Position numbers and translations under genes: made by a program. Shown piece by piece: positions 34,994 through 36,607 of a stretch of 36,607 nucleotides of DNA. Source of the stretch: a virus (taxonomy: Duplodnaviria; Caudoviricetes); the IMG/VR virus record IMGVR_UViG_3300018073_000013, positions 1 to 36,607 of that record; one strand, given 5' to 3'. A model generated the notes under the pieces. It was not told where the DNA came from. It saw only the letters and a list, made by a program, of their open reading frames with translations, and searched no databases. Numbering within the stretch: the first letter of the stretch is position 1; each line of letters opens with the position of its first letter.

Positions 34994-35259
34994 CAGCCCT
35001 CTAGCAGCACCCAGCCGGTGTTGTCGTCCAGGGTGACGGTGAAGACCTCGGCCTCGCCGTGCCGGGTGACCAGAGCCACCTTGGCGTCGGCCGGCATGTC
35101 GCCCAACAGGACCATGAGGTCCTCCACGGTCAGTTCTGTCGGCTTCGCCACGTCCTCAGTCATATCAGGTACGGAGCGGGCATCATCGAAGCCGGCACGG
35201 AACTCGTCCTGCAGGTCTTGGTCGGTGACGGTCGCCGGGTTGGCTCGGGTGTCAGACAT
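34993..35259 (-). CDS. Acidic hypothetical protein (88 aa)
   Basis: ATG at 35259; LTVEDLMVLLGDMPADAKV motif common in small phage proteins. Confidence 0.7.
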   Translation of the reverse strand: MSDTRANPATVTDQDLQDEFRAGFDDARSVPDMTEDVAKPTELTVEDLMVLLGDMPADAKVALVTRHGEAEVFTVTLDDNTGWVLLEG

Positions 35260-35542
35260 CGGGGATCTTCCTTCCTTCATCAGCTGCTAGCTGTGCTTGG
35301 TGTTCGAAATAGTCAGCGATCTGGAGGAGGTTGGCCCGCTGCACCGGGTCATCGATGAAGCTCAGGGCCACGGCGATCATCGCCGCGTAGGTGGCCAAGG
35401 CCGGCGAGGCGAACTTGTCCTGGCGACGGATCACTACGGCGTCAGAGATCTCGGCGCTGATCGGGAAGGTGGCGTAACCGTCTGACACCTTGATCACGTC
35501 GTCTCGATTGAAGGTGGCGTACTTGTCCTCAGAGTCAGGCAT
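35252..35542 (-). CDS. Hypothetical protein (96 aa)
   Basis: VVIRRQDKFASPALATYA; TACCGT 6 nt before the ATG. Confidence 0.75.
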   Translation of the reverse strand: MPDSEDKYATFNRDDVIKVSDGYATFPISAEISDAVVIRRQDKFASPALATYAAMIAVALSFIDDPVQRANLLQIADYFEHQAQLAADEGRKIPDV

Positions 35543-35562
35543 GGCGTCACGGTATCACGTTC

Positions 35563-35585
35563 GCCAAAGGAATGAAACCTTTGGC
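35563..35585. promoter_or_regulatory. Operator-like palindrome GCCAAAGG-N7-CCTTTGGC
   Basis: 8-bp inverted repeat upstream of the TACCGT -10 element (35549-35554). Confidence 0.6.
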
Positions 35586-35633
35586 ATCACGCCGGCACGG
35601 CGAAAGTGTTACTGTTGGTACGACGCCCAACGG

Positions 35634-35701
35634 GAAGAAGAAGAAGCCACGGGCCTGCCCCCGTGGGGTAGCCAAGGGGGGACCGGGAAACCGGTCCCCC
35701 C
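35634..35701 (-). terminator. Tandem hairpins with a pyrimidine tail on the minus strand
   Basis: 11-bp stem at 35676-35701; 7-bp stem at 35647-35666 followed on the minus strand by CTTCTTCTTCTT. Confidence 0.6.
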
Positions 35702-35713
35702 TCCCATATCGAC

Positions 35714-35806
35714 CTATGGGGTGTGGTAGTGGTTCGCCAGGATCGCCACGTCCATGATGATCGTGATCATCGCCAGCCACAGCCCGAAGCGGTGCAGGTT
35801 GGTCAT
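35714..35806 (-). CDS. Small membrane protein (30 aa), not in the ORF track
   Basis: ATGA coupling; MTNLHRFGLWLAMITIIMDVAILANHYHTP has one hydrophobic segment. Confidence 0.5.
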   Translation of the reverse strand: MTNLHRFGLWLAMITIIMDVAILANHYHTP

Positions 35807-35991
35807 CGGTCGAGGAGGGCGAGCACGATCGTCGCCAGTTCGTTGACCGAGCAGGGGTGCCGGGTGTAGTGGCAGTGCTCGCAGCGCTCGTAGCCGTTGC
35901 CCTCCTGCTGGGCCGGATCATGGAGGTCACGCTCCTGCGTGGCGTACTGACGTATCTCGTCGTCGCTCCACTCGGAGCCGTTGATGATCAT
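35803..35991 (-). CDS. Small Zn-binding hypothetical protein (62 aa)
   Basis: ATGA coupling; LH..CEHC..HPC. Confidence 0.65.
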   Translation of the reverse strand: MIINGSEWSDDEIRQYATQERDLHDPAQQEGNGYERCEHCHYTRHPCSVNELATIVLALLDR

Positions 35992-36245
35992 CGCTCGCGC
36001 TCGGCCTCGTAGGCCATCTCCAACAGATGGGCGACTGCTGGCCCGACGCACTCGGTGGAGCACGCCATGTAGCTGTAGCTCGGGCCGCAGCCCACCAGCC
36101 AGCCGTCGCCCTGGTGCCAGCCGTACGGACCCATCACCTTCTCGCCCCGCTTCTTGCGCTGGCCGTACTGGCCGGGAACGTGCTCGGGATCACCCACACT
36201 CTTGCACTTCGGGTTGTCGCACTTGATCATCAGTACTTCGCTCAC
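35988..36245 (-). CDS. Small Zn-binding hypothetical protein (85 aa)
   Basis: CDNPKC...ACSTEC; GTGA coupling. Confidence 0.7.
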   Translation of the reverse strand: MSEVLMIKCDNPKCKSVGDPEHVPGQYGQRKKRGEKVMGPYGWHQGDGWLVGCGPSYSYMACSTECVGPAVAHLLEMAYEAERER

Positions 36246-36463
36246 AGCATCTCCCTGAGGATGGCGTTGTTCTCGGCCTTGTAGGTGCGGTAGCGAGTCA
36301 TCACCCGCACCACCGAGGGGTGCAAGGCAAGGTCGTGCCCGATGAGCGGCTCCCAGCCGACAACGATGTGTGACAGCACGTCGGCTAGGTCATCGACCAG
36401 CGGGGTGTCCTGAACTTCGCCGGTACGGCTGTTGATGGGGCGCAGATCTTCGCGGTCGCTCAT
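36242..36463 (-). CDS. Hypothetical protein (73 aa)
   Basis: Coupled at both ends. Confidence 0.6.
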   Translation of the reverse strand: MSDREDLRPINSRTGEVQDTPLVDDLADVLSHIVVGWEPLIGHDLALHPSVVRVMTRYRTYKAENNAILREML

Positions 36464-36607
36464 CGGACGAACAGCTTCTTGGTCGACACGCCACCGTGGC
36501 CGTCGTGGACCGAGATGGTGACGACAGCGCCGTCCATCAGGCTCCAGTCCTCCAAGTTGCGCTTCAAGCCGCCCTTCTCCAACAGAGCAGCTACGTCGTC
36601 AGCAGTC
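36460..36607 (-). CDS. 3' end of a hypothetical gene entering from the right window edge
   Basis: Open frame ...TADDVAALLEKGGLKRNLEDWSLMDGAVVTISVHDGHGGVSTKKLFVR ends in an ATGA overlap at 36460. Confidence 0.55.
   Translation of the reverse strand, partial: TADDVAALLEKGGLKRNLEDWSLMDGAVVTISVHDGHGGVSTKKLFVR

Noticed and set aside
35586-35632. Hammerhead ribozyme or tRNA (stem followed by GAAA)
   Set aside because: No CUGANGA core precedes the stem, and there is no cloverleaf or T-loop GTTCRA.
1-36607. Prophage boundary, integrase, lysis cassette, rRNA or tRNA genes
   Set aside because: None is recognisable in this window, so lifestyle (temperate or lytic) cannot be determined.

Overview
This window is a GC-rich (roughly two-thirds G+C by eye) segment of a tailed dsDNA bacteriophage with a contractile tail (myovirus). 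The host is most likely actinobacterial, and the gene order recalls Bxz1/E3-type actinomyoviruses. Almost every real gene is on the minus strand. Reading right to left: small accessory genes (including a KTSC protein and Zn-binding proteins); large terminase; an island of small basic proteins and candidate enzymes (HhH-like, GNAT); portal; an ADP-ribosyltransferase; scaffold; N4-gp56-like major capsid; a decoration protein; fibre/appendage genes including a 1992-aa modular repeat/lectin protein; adaptor and stopper; an S74-chaperone fibre; neck and terminator; sheath; tube; a tail assembly chaperone with a candidate +1 frameshift; and a tape measure with an M15 peptidase that runs off the left edge. 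The best candidate for an undescribed system is the set of small proteins and enzymes around the portal that share a short [ILV][SGN]xx[QRA]F motif. These may be capsid-targeted, injected anti-host effectors. Also notable are leaderless promoters, a repeated CCAAA-N11-TTTGG operator-like palindrome, a 271-nt dual-coding overlap and a hairpin-dense non-coding stretch. All functional calls come from recognising motifs by eye; no database searches were run.
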